Counted from the first letter of the stretch, positions 1-9,483 are shown. The stretch: 64,000 nucleotides of DNA from Candidatus Acidiferrales bacterium (GCA_035517955.1 DATIYC010000200.1:10398-74397), one strand, 5' to 3'. Numbers and translations: made by a program. The notes: generated from the sequence alone by a model not told the origin.

Positions 1-308
1 GTATCCCCAATCACCATCACCCTTCCCTCTTTCATGTCAAGCAGCGCTTCGGTCGCCTCGTTCCATGAAGAGGGAATCGTGCTACCTTCGATCTCGAGCA
101 AGCCTCCTGTTTTCTTAAAGACGGCGTCAAGAACCGTGTCGGATTTTGCTTCTACTGGGAGTTGTTTCTGGTTTGGCACGGCTATCCTTTGGTTCGGTTG
201 AATGGGGGACGCTAGGATTGATGCTTCTCCGTCGAGGAGTCGAATTGAGGCTGGTCCACGAACCAGCAGTGTATTACTGGCAGCAAGCAGATAGCGCAAG
301 TTGATCAT
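1..308 (-). CDS. Clp1/Grc3-like polynucleotide 5'-hydroxyl kinase, N-terminal part (gene runs off the left edge)
   Basis: Own translation of the minus strand from ATG 308-306: MINLRYLLAASNTLLVRGPASIRLLDGEASILASP...STIPSSWNEATEALLDMKEGRVMVIGD. The 'VRGPA..L.GEA.IL' beta-sandwich start and 'V.VIGD' just before the expected P-loop resemble archaeal Clp1. Absent from the ORF track because it is truncated. Confidence 0.45.
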   Translation of the reverse strand, partial: MINLRYLLAASNTLLVRGPASIRLLDGEASILASPIQPNQRIAVPNQKQLPVEAKSDTVLDAVFKKTGGLLEIEGSTIPSSWNEATEALLDMKEGRVMVIGD

Positions 309-405
309 CAGCAAAGGAGTTGGAGGAGTTCTTTTTCACGTGTAGAATCAGTGAATAGCTAAATATGCTATCCTTTCTCATTCGAGGGTCGAGGCTTTTC
401 GTCCC

Positions 406-816
406 ATGAGCACCGATGTCAAAGTCCCTGAAGGTCTCTACTACACTAAGGAACATGAATGGTTGAAGGTGGAAGGCGGGAAATGCCGAGTAGGCGTAAC
501 GGATTATGCCCAGCAATCACTTCACGAAATCGTCTATGTTGAGCTACCCAACATTGGACAAACGGTAAAGCAGAGCGCAACGATCGGAACCGTCGAGTCC
601 GTCAAAGCGGTTTCCGAACTCAACTCACCAGTTTCCGGCGAAATATTAGAGAGGAACGAACAATTAGCCCAGTCACCGGAACTCGTCAACAAAGAACCGT
701 ACGACGCCGGGTGGATTGTGATAGTTAAGCCTTCACACCTTGACGACGAGTTGAAAGCCCTGCTTAACCCTGACGGTTACAGGGATTTTGTTGAGGAAGT
801 TACCAAGAAGAAGTGA
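406..816 (+). CDS. gcvH: Glycine cleavage system protein H
   Basis: 136 aa. 'YYTKEHEWL' N-terminus and lipoyl-lysine context 'VESVKAVSEL'. Confidence 0.9.
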   Translation: MSTDVKVPEGLYYTKEHEWLKVEGGKCRVGVTDYAQQSLHEIVYVELPNIGQTVKQSATIGTVESVKAVSELNSPVSGEILERNEQLAQSPELVNKEPYDAGWIVIVKPSHLDDELKALLNPDGYRDFVEEVTKKK

Positions 817-905
817 AGACTCCACAGGCATGGTGGATAATTCTCTCATCGATCATGCATTAATTTAAAAATGGGTTGTATGGGAGTACGGAGGCTGAAC
901 CCTGC

Positions 906-1271
906 ATGGACCCATTGCCAAATTCCAGTTTGGAAGAAAGGCTGAAACAGTCGCAGGCTTTTCGGCGACTTGCGTTACGCAAGCTTCAGTTAAGAAGACT
1001 GCAAGAGGGTAACGAACAAAGAGACGTTTACTCAACCATCGCATCAGAATTTCTAGGCCTCCCCTCGCTCGATAACGTGGACCGTCTCTCAACGGTTTAC
1101 GGCTACTCTCGGGTCCGTAGGGCCATCAGCCTCTTGGACAACTTAGTGTTCGAGGAATTCTTCTACGGGAAACTATACCTCTATCCCCTCTGGATCAAAC
1201 AGTTCGCTCGCCTACTGGACGCAGCTAGGCCTCGGGCGATTGTAAAAGAATTAATGTCCAGCCAAGAATAA
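906..1271 (+). CDS. Hypothetical protein (no family recognised)
   Basis: ORF 876..1271. A TATA-like TTAATTTAAAAA at 860-872 favours the internal ATG at 906. Lies directly upstream of the radB-like gene on the same strand. Confidence 0.35.
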   Translation: MDPLPNSSLEERLKQSQAFRRLALRKLQLRRLQEGNEQRDVYSTIASEFLGLPSLDNVDRLSTVYGYSRVRRAISLLDNLVFEEFFYGKLYLYPLWIKQFARLLDAARPRAIVKELMSSQE

Positions 1272-1296
1272 GCCCAGACGACTTCCGACGGGCCTA

Positions 1297-2067
1297 ATGT
1301 GGACCGCAAGGTCCAATGGGCTCCACCTACGCGAATTACCGAAGGGGCTAGTTTACGATTTGTCTACCACTATCCAAGGCAGGATTCCATTAGGTCCCCC
1401 AAGTCTAGACTGCTTGCTCAATGGAGGTCTTTGCCGCGGGGAGATTACACTAGTCTATGGGGAGGCTAATACCGGGAAGACTACGACCGTAATCCAAGTC
1501 GCCAATGCAACTGCAAGAACCGGCTTGAAGACGATCTACATCGACTGCGACCATTCATTTACGCAGCAGAGATTCAACCAGATCGCAGGCAATGAATCGA
1601 AGCAAATAAGCGAACTCATCAACCTCTTTCTGCCCGAAACATTCTCCGAACAGCGAACAATAATAGAGTCACTGGAAAACTACGTAACGCCAAGCCTTGG
1701 CGTTATCGTCGTCGACTCAATGTCCTCCCTTTACCGAGCCTCGTTCTCTGACACAGCCAGCATCTTCAGCCTAAACCGAGACTTGAGTAGGCAATTGGCC
1801 TACTTGAGCGAGTTAACCGCATCACACAAAATCGCTTGCGTAGTCACCAGTCAAGTTCACGCCAGGCTCAAGCCCCCAGCGGCAGACATCGAACCCGTAG
1901 CCCGCCGTACCATACTCCATTTCCCAAGAACCATCCTACGCCTCAAGAATACGCCCAAGCCAAGCGTCAAAGAGTTCATCCTCGAAAGGGCTGACGGAGT
2001 TGACGTCGGTAGGAGAAGTTGTCTAGTGAGGTTGAGTGACGCTGGCCTAGTTGAGGTTGGGAACTAG
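1297..2067 (+). CDS. radB: RadB-like RecA/RadA paralogue (KaiC-type ATPase fold)
   Basis: 256 aa. Walker A 'GEANTGKTT' preceded by 'LDCLLNGGL..GEITLVYG', and Walker B-like 'GVIVVDS'. Confidence 0.65.
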   Translation: MWTARSNGLHLRELPKGLVYDLSTTIQGRIPLGPPSLDCLLNGGLCRGEITLVYGEANTGKTTTVIQVANATARTGLKTIYIDCDHSFTQQRFNQIAGNESKQISELINLFLPETFSEQRTIIESLENYVTPSLGVIVVDSMSSLYRASFSDTASIFSLNRDLSRQLAYLSELTASHKIACVVTSQVHARLKPPAADIEPVARRTILHFPRTILRLKNTPKPSVKEFILERADGVDVGRRSCLVRLSDAGLVEVGN

Positions 2068-2108
2068 TTCTTATTTCCGCGAATCAAACTCAAGGCCGAC
2101 GCGGGTAA

Positions 2109-2618
2109 GTGAAACTGTTGTGGCCGTCCGTACAAGATTGGCTCTCAGCACTTACGCTAATTCTGCCCGCTTATTGCACGAACGGTGCCCCCGTCCTATT
2201 TGGGGGAGGTAAACAGATTGATTTTGGTAGAACGTTCGTGGATGGAAAGAGGATTTTTGGCAGCCACAAGACCTTTCGAGGGTTGTTCGGCGGGATTGCG
2301 GTCGGTGTCGTTGTTGGTTTGGCCGAATCATACGTATTCTCCATGAATCTACTACTCATAGCCGTTGCTGCATCTGTAGGAGCCTTGCTTGGAGACTTGG
2401 CCGGTGCATTTCTCAAGCGAAGGTTGGGAATTGTTCCAGGCGGGGTCCTACCAGTCGTTGATCAGCTGGATTTCGTTGTTGGCGCAATACTCTTGGTTTC
2501 AGTGTTCTCGCATGTCAGCCTTGCAGTAGTTCTGATAATGGTACTCGTTACGCCACCAATCCATTTACTGACAAATGTTGGAGCATACGTTCTTCGATTG
2601 AAGACGCATCCTTGGTAG
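2109..2618 (+). CDS. carS: CDP-archaeol synthase (DUF46 family)
   Basis: 169 aa polytopic membrane protein. 'YCTNGAPVLFGGG..IDFGRTFVDGKRIFGSHKTFRG' matches the CarS signature region. Confidence 0.65.
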   Translation: MKLLWPSVQDWLSALTLILPAYCTNGAPVLFGGGKQIDFGRTFVDGKRIFGSHKTFRGLFGGIAVGVVVGLAESYVFSMNLLLIAVAASVGALLGDLAGAFLKRRLGIVPGGVLPVVDQLDFVVGAILLVSVFSHVSLAVVLIMVLVTPPIHLLTNVGAYVLRLKTHPW

Positions 2619-2637
2619 GAAGCCGCGCGAACTGCGG

Positions 2638-3096
2638 CTACCCGCCAATCTTAGCGTTGATGAGTGAAGTAGAGTAGAAGACCACTAGCAGGGTCGTCAA
2701 GGTTCCTAGGATTAGTAGTAGGTAGGCGTTTCGGGGCCTGTAGGCGTACCTAGTGCTACGTAGGAGCATGTACAATCCTGCGATGCCTAGAAAGTAGAGA
2801 AAGGCCGCGATCAAGCTCTCATTCAATGTCTGCTGTCCAAGAGTTCCTTTGATCAATACTGAGTATCCACTTGATGTTGGCAGTAATGAGATTGGGTGTT
2901 CAAGAATATCATAAACTCCACCAGCCAGCACGAATCCTACAAATGCGAGAACTATAATGATTAGCACAGTTGTAGAGGGCTTAATTCTTCTAGCGGTGGG
3001 TGCCCTGGTGGATCTCATTGTATAGCCGACGTTGCCGAAAAAGCGTTGTAGTCTCCACGGCAGCTTGCGCATCTTGATGCGAAGTCCTTCTAACAT
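2638..3096 (-). CDS. OSTC/DC2-like (OST3/OST6 superfamily) three-TM membrane protein
   Basis: 152 aa with 3 predicted TM helices. Aligns by eye along its length to human OSTC as recalled from memory: 'IKMRKLPW' vs 'LKLKKPPW', 'AGGVYDILEHP' vs 'TGGIIYDVIVEPP', 'ESLIAAFLYFLGIAGLYMLLRS' vs '[22 protein letters not shown]'. AglB lies 2 kb away. Confidence 0.5.
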   Translation of the reverse strand: MLEGLRIKMRKLPWRLQRFFGNVGYTMRSTRAPTARRIKPSTTVLIIIVLAFVGFVLAGGVYDILEHPISLLPTSSGYSVLIKGTLGQQTLNESLIAAFLYFLGIAGLYMLLRSTRYAYRPRNAYLLLILGTLTTLLVVFYSTSLINAKIGG

Positions 3097-3176
3097 TTCG
3101 TCTTACACTCTGTCGTGACAATCACCAAGAGGCTAAAATATGTTGCTTTGCTCTTTCATTCTCTCACTAGTGAGTC

Positions 3177-3359
3177 TTGATTATGCCACAGAAGATTTTC
3201 TGCACCGAGTGCGGTTCCATCCTCTACCACGGCCTCGAGTTGGAGACTCCGCTTGAAATCATTCAGAGGCACAACGGTATCTGCCCTCAATGCAAGAGGA
3301 AACTCGACTTCGCAACCGAGAAACTCAAAATCATCCCATATGAGGAACCGGCGAATTAA
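3177..3359 (+). CDS. Small zinc-ribbon protein
   Basis: 60 aa with CxxC (CTEC) and CxxC (CPQC) pairs. The start could be TTG 3177 or ATG 3183. Confidence 0.45.
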   Translation: MIMPQKIFCTECGSILYHGLELETPLEIIQRHNGICPQCKRKLDFATEKLKIIPYEEPAN

Positions 3360-3410
3360 AGCCAGAACACTTGTTTTCGCTTTCTAGGGACGAAGTTGAC
3401 GTGAAGTAAC

Positions 3411-4538
3411 ATGCCCCAGGTCGTACAAATCCAGGAGTACCACGAGAAGAACGGCAATTTGGCGGATTACGCCGGGTTCAACCTGCCGCTGTGGTTCAAA
3501 GGAATAATTCCCGAAGCGTTAGCGGTTAGAAACACTGTGGGAATTTTCGATGTAAGCCATATGGGAAGGGTGCTGGTTCGAGGTCGCGACTCACTGAAAC
3601 TATTGGACAGCGTGACAACGAACAACGTAGCCGCCCTAGGCAACGGCATGGGACAATATTCGCTCTTCTGTAACCTCGAAGGTGGTATCAAAGATGATCT
3701 CCTTGTTTTCAAACTTCATCCGGAAGAGTACTTGCTAGTTTACAACGCCGGGAACCGCTCCAAAGACTACGATTGGATAACTACCCACGCTAAGGGACTT
3801 AGCTTAGAAATAATGGACGTATCTGACCAAGTTGCAATGTTTGCCCTTCAAGGGCCAAAGGCAGTAGCCCTATTCCAAAAGGTGAGCGGCAACCAAGTTT
3901 CTTCAATCCCCAGATTCGGTTGCGCTGAGACCCAAATTGCAGGCGCGAAGGTACTGGCGACGAGGACTGGTTACACGGGAGAGGACGGTTTCGAGATATT
4001 GGTGTGGGACGCGCCAATCGGTGATCCGCGAAACGCTTGGACGGTCTGGAATGAACTCCTCAATGCTGGAAACCAATTCTCAATCGAGCCCTGCGGTCTG
4101 GGCGCAAGGGATCTTCTAAGATTAGAAGCTGGACTATGTCTCTACGGAACAGACATGGACGAGAACACAAACCCACTCGAGGCGAGACTAGGCTTCGTTG
4201 TCAAATTTGATAAAGATTTCATCGGCAAGGATAAACTCGAAGAAATTAAGGCCAAGGGAACACCCAGACTACGTATCGGCCTTGTAACAGAGAAGAGAGT
4301 GATACCGAGACATGGTTTCACAATATCCCAGAATGCGAAAGAGTCAGGATCTGTTACCAGCGGTACATTATCGCCACTCCTCAATACCGGCGTTGCCCTA
4401 GGTTACGTTAAGCGAGAAGATGCAGTAGAAGGAAGGAAAGTTAACCTTCAAGTTAGAGGAAGGCTGGAAGCGGCAACCATCGTGAAACCACCGTTTTACA
4501 ATGCTGCTGCGTATGGGTATGCAAGAAAGGCGAGTTAG
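3411..4538 (+). CDS. gcvT: Glycine cleavage system T protein (aminomethyltransferase)
   Basis: 375 aa. 'VGIFDVSHMGR', 'TGYTGEDGFEI' and 'GLGARDLLRLEAGL' motifs. Confidence 0.9.
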   Translation: MPQVVQIQEYHEKNGNLADYAGFNLPLWFKGIIPEALAVRNTVGIFDVSHMGRVLVRGRDSLKLLDSVTTNNVAALGNGMGQYSLFCNLEGGIKDDLLVFKLHPEEYLLVYNAGNRSKDYDWITTHAKGLSLEIMDVSDQVAMFALQGPKAVALFQKVSGNQVSSIPRFGCAETQIAGAKVLATRTGYTGEDGFEILVWDAPIGDPRNAWTVWNELLNAGNQFSIEPCGLGARDLLRLEAGLCLYGTDMDENTNPLEARLGFVVKFDKDFIGKDKLEEIKAKGTPRLRIGLVTEKRVIPRHGFTISQNAKESGSVTSGTLSPLLNTGVALGYVKREDAVEGRKVNLQVRGRLEAATIVKPPFYNAAAYGYARKAS

Positions 4539-4553
4539 CGATCATTCAGCATC

Positions 4554-4922
4554 CTACTTGCGGTTAAGTATTGATCGAAGCCGCGGAAATCGTTGCCGTT
4601 TTTCTTCTCTCGAATCGCTAGGTTGCGAGGTTGGAGGATTCTCAGTAAAGCTAGGTTCGTCCTCAGTCATCGCAGATGTTGGCTCGAGCACGTTGACAAT
4701 CGGGTTCCACTTCATCCCTTTCAAGGTGGGCACCGTGCCTCCACATTCTAAGCATTGGCTTACACCATCTGGATTTGGAGTTCCGCAAGAAGAGCAATAC
4801 ACGGGGCTGAGGATTGCACCACAGGCTATGCAATATCTCCCCTCAGTAGTGTTCGGTTTCTTGCAAGACGGGCAAATGAGGAAGGCGTCCGGCAATCCTC
4901 TGCTCACCACGATGCAATTCAC
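4554..4922 (-). CDS. Double zinc-ribbon protein
   Basis: 122 aa with two ribbons, 'CPSCKK..CIACG' and 'CSSCG..CLECG'. Preferred over the overlapping plus-strand ORF 4501..4926, which has no motif. Confidence 0.55.
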   Translation of the reverse strand: MNCIVVSRGLPDAFLICPSCKKPNTTEGRYCIACGAILSPVYCSSCGTPNPDGVSQCLECGGTVPTLKGMKWNPIVNVLEPTSAMTEDEPSFTENPPTSQPSDSREEKRQRFPRLRSILNRK

Positions 4923-5139
4923 CTAGGTCCTTCTCACAAGCCTTTCGGAGCTCATTGTCGAATCGTACAGGAATGTTCACTTCGTGGGATCTGCGGTTAA
5001 GCATCAGGGATTGGAAGAATTCGGAAATCGCTCACTCAACGGTTAAAGTCGGTTTTTTACGTGATTCGTCTATCGATTGGGGTTCATCAACCTTTTATAA
5101 CAGCGTCAAAGCCTAGAATCGAAAATCTCAGGTGTCCAA

Positions 5140-7914
5140 ATGTCAGCTACCGGCCGAGCCCTTCGGAAGCTGAAAAGCTCCTTAGGTAAATACGTTAACC
5201 GCGAAGCGTTGGCCGGACGTGTCGAGGGCACTAGAAAGGCGTTTTCCGAAGTATCACGAGGCACAGTCATTCAGGCAATCGTGCTCGGCCTTATCGTAAT
5301 TATCGCGTTTGCGGTACGAATGATGCCGATTCGCTGGGGATATTACATAAACGAATTTGACCCCTACCTTCAATGGCGAATGGCTCAGTTCACAGTGGAT
5401 CATGGTTTCTTGGCTTGGTTCAAATGGCATGACACGATGAGTTGGTATCCCTACGGCGCTGACATGCCGACGTGGAATTTGTATGGAGAAGCGTTCGTTG
5501 TCGCTGCAATCTATATGATGGTTCACTTCGTCGGAGCGAACGTATCTGTTTTTGATCTGGTTATGTGGTTCCCAGTATTTGCTGGAACTATCACCGTCCT
5601 AATCTCATACTTCCTCGGTAAGGATCTTTGGGGCAAGGGTGCCGGGTTACTGACCGCCCTATTCCTAGCCTTGAACCCGAGCAGCATTGGCAGGACCCAA
5701 TTAGGTTTCTTACGCCACGAACCGCTCGGAATTCTCCTTATGCTAGTGATTTTCGTGGCCTTTAGAAGGTCGCAAGTCGAAAGTTATTCGACGCAAAAGA
5801 GTGTCGCTTACGCGACCGTAGCAGGCTTTTCACTTTTCTATCTCGCTGCTGAATGGGCTGGCTCTCTCTTCCCACTAGACTTAATCGTCCTTTATACCAT
5901 CGTTCTGGTTGTAATCGGGCGGTACTCAAGAAGACTATTCCTCAGCTACTCGATCTCAATGGGAATCTTTCTGTTATTGACCCCGTTCCTTGTTCCGAAA
6001 CTAGGTTTCGGATCACTGACGGATCTCGATTGGCTAGCGATTCCAGTTGGGGAAGTGCTTCTCTTGGCTCGTGAGGCTTCCTCATACATTGAAGCTAGGA
6101 AGCTGCAATTAGCCACTCTGACAGGCTTCGTCGTAGCTGCAATAGCAGTAGTCGCCGTTCTATCTCACTTCAACTTAGTCTCAATACCATACGGCAAATT
6201 CTACGCCGTGATCAACCCATTCGTACGTGGAAACGTCCCGATAATTCAAAGCGTCGCCGAACACCAACCCGCTACTTGGGGCTCGTTCTTCTACGAGTTT
6301 GGAACCATCACGTTCCTAGTTCTATTCGGTTTGGTGTTTACCATTCAGAGGGGAAGAAATGATGACATCTTTCTGCTTCTGTGGGCAATTACGGGAGTTT
6401 ACTTCGCAGCCTCTTTTGTTCGCCTTACGTTGCTTCTTGCGCCTGCTTTCTGCATATTGGGCGCAATCGGAACTGTTGAGTTAGGTAAACCTGCGGTTGA
6501 CATCGTTCGTGAGGCAGTCATTTACCCGAAGCGAAAGACTAAGGTTATCTCAAGGATAGGCCGGGAATTTGGTGTCGCCATCTTCCTCATCCTCCTCATA
6601 GCTATCATTCCTACCTTCTGGACGGCTGTTCGAGGCTCATATCAGCCAGCTACGATTGTTACCTCAAGCATTCCTACCGCGCCGGCTGCAGGAGACGAGT
6701 TGAAGTACCAAGACTGGCTTGAAGCATTGTCGTGGATGCGACTGAATACTCCTTCGGACGCAACGATCTTTGCGTGGTGGGATTACGGTTACTGGATAAC
6801 GGCGCTTGGGGATCGAAGAACGTTAGCCGATAATGGCACACAGAATTCGACGCAGATCGGAATGATCGCCCAGACCTTTCTGGACAACATTACCATGGCT
6901 CTGCCGAACCTCGTGCGTTACAATGTCTCGTACGTTGCAATATTCATCACACCCTCCAGCAGCAGCTCAGGAGGCACTCAATGGCAAGGATTCGGGGAGG
7001 ACGGGAAATGGTATTGGATGGCCCGGATTGGCAACAATACTGTATGGAACGGCGACTACCAGGTTCAATTTATGCAGGGCGCAACCGATCAGCAGACCGG
7101 GACAAGCGACTACACGCGCCTTGTAAAAGGTCCAACTGGGAAGATTGTTGACAACACCACTATTACTTCAAGCGGTCAGTTAAATGATCAATCAATGCTC
7201 GGCTACATGATGGCGAAGACCACGACGGATCCTACGATGACTGCATCCCCCTATCTAACCCAAGTCTTCCAATCCACCAACCACTTCGTCTACCTCTTCC
7301 AAGTAAGGGCACTGAAAGCAAGCCAGATTACCCTCGGACGATTCATAACACCAATCAACTACGGAGGCAAGGTGGAACTGCGAGGAAACCTCACTGATCC
7401 GCAAGGAAACCCAATAGCATTCGCCAACCCGCAGGTTGTTTTGGAATCATCAACCGACAGCGGCCAATCTTGGCAACAAATAGACACCGTAACCGCAGCT
7501 CCAGATGGGATTTTCAACGATACGTGGATTCCGCACGCCGGAAGTTACTTGGTTCGTGCACACTACCTAGGCGCTACAGGTCCCTATGGAGAGAGCACAA
7601 GTACACCCCTGACGCTTGACGTACATAGGGTGAATTCGACGTTGTCAATCTCAACGTCGCCCGCATCGTTCACGGTCGGACAAAACATCTCGATATCGAT
7701 TACAATGTCACCGTTCGTTCAGGGAGCGAACGTAACCTTCGCTTACACATTCGATAATAAGACCTACACGCCCTTCCAATCGATAACCATGACTTCGCCG
7801 ACAATGACCTTCTACTGGAAGGCCGATACGCCGGGCACATACCAGATCGTCGCCAACTGGCCAGGGAACCAAGACTACAACGCCGTCACCACATACCTCA
7901 CCGTCCATCATTAG
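5140..7914 (+). CDS. aglB: Archaeal oligosaccharyltransferase AglB (STT3 family)
   Basis: 924 aa. Multi-TM N-terminal domain, catalytic 'WWDYGYW' motif, and a beta-rich Ig-like C-terminal extension. Confidence 0.9.
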   Translation: MSATGRALRKLKSSLGKYVNREALAGRVEGTRKAFSEVSRGTVIQAIVLGLIVIIAFAVRMMPIRWGYYINEFDPYLQWRMAQFTVDHGFLAWFKWHDTMSWYPYGADMPTWNLYGEAFVVAAIYMMVHFVGANVSVFDLVMWFPVFAGTITVLISYFLGKDLWGKGAGLLTALFLALNPSSIGRTQLGFLRHEPLGILLMLVIFVAFRRSQVESYSTQKSVAYATVAGFSLFYLAAEWAGSLFPLDLIVLYTIVLVVIGRYSRRLFLSYSISMGIFLLLTPFLVPKLGFGSLTDLDWLAIPVGEVLLLAREASSYIEARKLQLATLTGFVVAAIAVVAVLSHFNLVSIPYGKFYAVINPFVRGNVPIIQSVAEHQPATWGSFFYEFGTITFLVLFGLVFTIQRGRNDDIFLLLWAITGVYFAASFVRLTLLLAPAFCILGAIGTVELGKPAVDIVREAVIYPKRKTKVISRIGREFGVAIFLILLIAIIPTFWTAVRGSYQPATIVTSSIPTAPAAGDELKYQDWLEALSWMRLNTPSDATIFAWWDYGYWITALGDRRTLADNGTQNSTQIGMIAQTFLDNITMALPNLVRYNVSYVAIFITPSSSSSGGTQWQGFGEDGKWYWMARIGNNTVWNGDYQVQFMQGATDQQTGTSDYTRLVKGPTGKIVDNTTITSSGQLNDQSMLGYMMAKTTTDPTMTASPYLTQVFQSTNHFVYLFQVRALKASQITLGRFITPINYGGKVELRGNLTDPQGNPIAFANPQVVLESSTDSGQSWQQIDTVTAAPDGIFNDTWIPHAGSYLVRAHYLGATGPYGESTSTPLTLDVHRVNSTLSISTSPASFTVGQNISISITMSPFVQGANVTFAYTFDNKTYTPFQSITMTSPTMTFYWKADTPGTYQIVANWPGNQDYNAVTTYLTVHH

Positions 7915-7954
7915 ACCTCAAGCCTGCAGGCAAGTGCCTGCACAACTTTGAGTC

Positions 7955-8107
7955 TTACGAATTGGTTGGTTGACGAAGTTTAGCGTACTTGTCGTGTGGT
8001 GAAAACTTGGTTGGCTGAGGACTTATCGTACGTTCTCCGCACTTTGGACAGGTTTCTTTCATCGTGTAGGTCTTGCAGTTAGGGCATTTTCTCAGTAGCC
8101 ATTTCAA
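7955..8107 (-). CDS. nop10: H/ACA RNP protein Nop10
   Basis: Own translation, 50 aa, missed by the ORF track: (M)KWLLRKCPNCKTYTMKETCPKCGERTISPQPTKFSPHDKYAKLRQPTNS. Shows the Nop10 zinc ribbon plus 'P.KFSP.DKY'. The TTG start 8107-8105 overlaps the aIF2-alpha stop (TTGA). Confidence 0.8.
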   Translation of the reverse strand: MKWLLRKCPNCKTYTMKETCPKCGERTISPQPTKFSPHDKYAKLRQPTNS

Positions 8108-8886
8108 CCAAGTCTACGTCCTTCGCCGCCCAAGTCTTTGATGGCACTGAGCGCCTCATCAATAGCTAAGTTCAAGGTAGCCTGAGCATCCGTAATCTCC
8201 TTGCTTCTTACCTCTAACCTGTACTTAGGGGATCCAATCGTGTATACTTTGATCGTGGTTCCTCGTGATTTCTTAACCTTCTTTGCTCCATGTAAAACTT
8301 GACGAATCGCTTCAATGCCATCAGTCTTGGTGCAGGTCAGCTCAACCGTGCCTGTGACCCTAGCTTTCTCAAGCTTTATTTTGCTTCGGGCAACTTCAGT
8401 TAGTGCCTTCGCCCATTCCTCACTAATTCCGAGCTTCGTAAACGTCTCTTCTCCCTCATCCGCGGCATCTTCGAAGCCGTCGAATGGGTTGTCGAATTTC
8501 TCGGATACGATGGTCCTGATCTTGTTTACTTCTTCGTCTCCGATCTGTAATCGCTCGGCCGCGCCTTTAATGATCGAGTCAGCCTTCTTGACCTTCTTCC
8601 ATTCTAGCATTTTGTCGGATTTTTCTCGGCCCGTTACTCGGCGTAGGGAAAGGTCTACTTGGGATCGCTGTGTGCTGACTCGTAGGACCTTGAGAACAAG
8701 TTTCTGTCCCTCCCGGACGTGAACTCTTATGTTCTTCACGTACGTGCTCGCGATTTCCGAGATGTGAATTAGCCCTTCGACGCCCTCGTATTCGTCGAGT
8801 TTAACGTAAGCTCCGTAATCAACGACCCTGGTTACACTAGCTACTACTAGGTCGCCGACTTCCGGGTACTCGACTGGGGTAGACAC
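8104..8886 (-). CDS. eif2a: Translation initiation factor aIF2 alpha subunit
   Basis: 260 aa. N-terminal S1 domain 'PEVGDLVVASV..YGAYVKLDEYEGVEGLIHISE'. Conserved S27e-L44e-aIF2a-Nop10 context. Confidence 0.9.
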   Translation of the reverse strand: MSTPVEYPEVGDLVVASVTRVVDYGAYVKLDEYEGVEGLIHISEIASTYVKNIRVHVREGQKLVLKVLRVSTQRSQVDLSLRRVTGREKSDKMLEWKKVKKADSIIKGAAERLQIGDEEVNKIRTIVSEKFDNPFDGFEDAADEGEETFTKLGISEEWAKALTEVARSKIKLEKARVTGTVELTCTKTDGIEAIRQVLHGAKKVKKSRGTTIKVYTIGSPKYRLEVRSKEITDAQATLNLAIDEALSAIKDLGGEGRRLG

Positions 8887-8900
8887 TTTGGCGATTCCCC

Positions 8901-9095
8901 TTAGCCGAGCATTTGAACGACTTCGGATTTGAGCTCCGCTTTTCCACCAGTCGGATTCGCTAATATCTCATCGCAGACTGAACAGTGAGGAGCGAGTGAC
9001 GGCCGGTCAAAAACAACTTGTTCATTTGCACATTTGGGGCATTTCACCCGAATGAAAGTGCTCTGCGGTTTCGGAATTAACTCGCCCTTAACCAT
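8901..9095 (-). CDS. rps27e: 30S ribosomal protein S27e
   Basis: 64 aa. 'FIRVKCPKCANEQVVF....CSVC' zinc ribbon. Confidence 0.9.
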   Translation of the reverse strand: MVKGELIPKPQSTFIRVKCPKCANEQVVFDRPSLAPHCSVCDEILANPTGGKAELKSEVVQMLG

Positions 9096-9207
9096 GATTC
9101 ATTCACTTGGAGTAGAACCTAAGGGAGATGGAAACATTCAACATAAGGATTACGCCTGCCGACGCTAGTTACACGTGCGTCACGGCCGTAAAATCACGCT
9201 GATTACT

Positions 9208-9483
9208 CTAGGTTATCTCAAATTTCCGTAGCCGTATACCGAACCGGTACAATGCCGTGTCGCAGGTTCTGCATGTAAGCCTCACTAATTGTTTCTTGGT
9301 GGTTTTTGCCGTTCTCTTTAGTTTGGGGAATTTCTGTCCGCCGTATCCATGCTCGTCACGTTCGTGGCGCCTGTTACCAATAGCCATCGCCCTATCCTTC
9401 CCCTTCTTGTAAAGGGAAACCTGATGATCAGTATGGGATTTGCATTTGGGGCAGTAGGTTCGCATCTCTTTCGGAGCTTTCAT
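9208..9483 (-). CDS. rpl44e: 50S ribosomal protein L44e
   Basis: 91 aa. 'YCPKCKSHTDHQV' and 'LTCRTC' zinc motif, with a basic composition. Confidence 0.9.
   Translation of the reverse strand: MKAPKEMRTYCPKCKSHTDHQVSLYKKGKDRAMAIGNRRHERDEHGYGGQKFPKLKRTAKTTKKQLVRLTCRTCDTALYRFGIRLRKFEIT

Noticed and set aside
274-516. 80-aa minus-strand ORF spanning the Clp1/gcvH spacer and the gcvH start
   Set aside because: It overlaps the well-supported gcvH N-terminus in antisense and has no motif. The real minus-strand gene starts at ATG 308 in another frame.
4501-4926. 141-aa plus-strand ORF
   Set aside because: It is antisense to the double zinc-ribbon ORF, which has four CxxC pairs. The plus-strand product is Ser/Gly/Arg-rich with no motif.
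8315-8722. Long antisense ORFs inside confident genes (this one in aIF2-alpha; also 15678-16151 in PCNA, 24856-25275 in Dpo4, 50470-50937 in the GATase fusion, 13276-14015 in the subtilase)
   Set aside because: They are low-complexity Ser/Arg/Leu-rich products opposite genes with clear catalytic motifs. This is the usual by-product of ~50% GC coding sequence.
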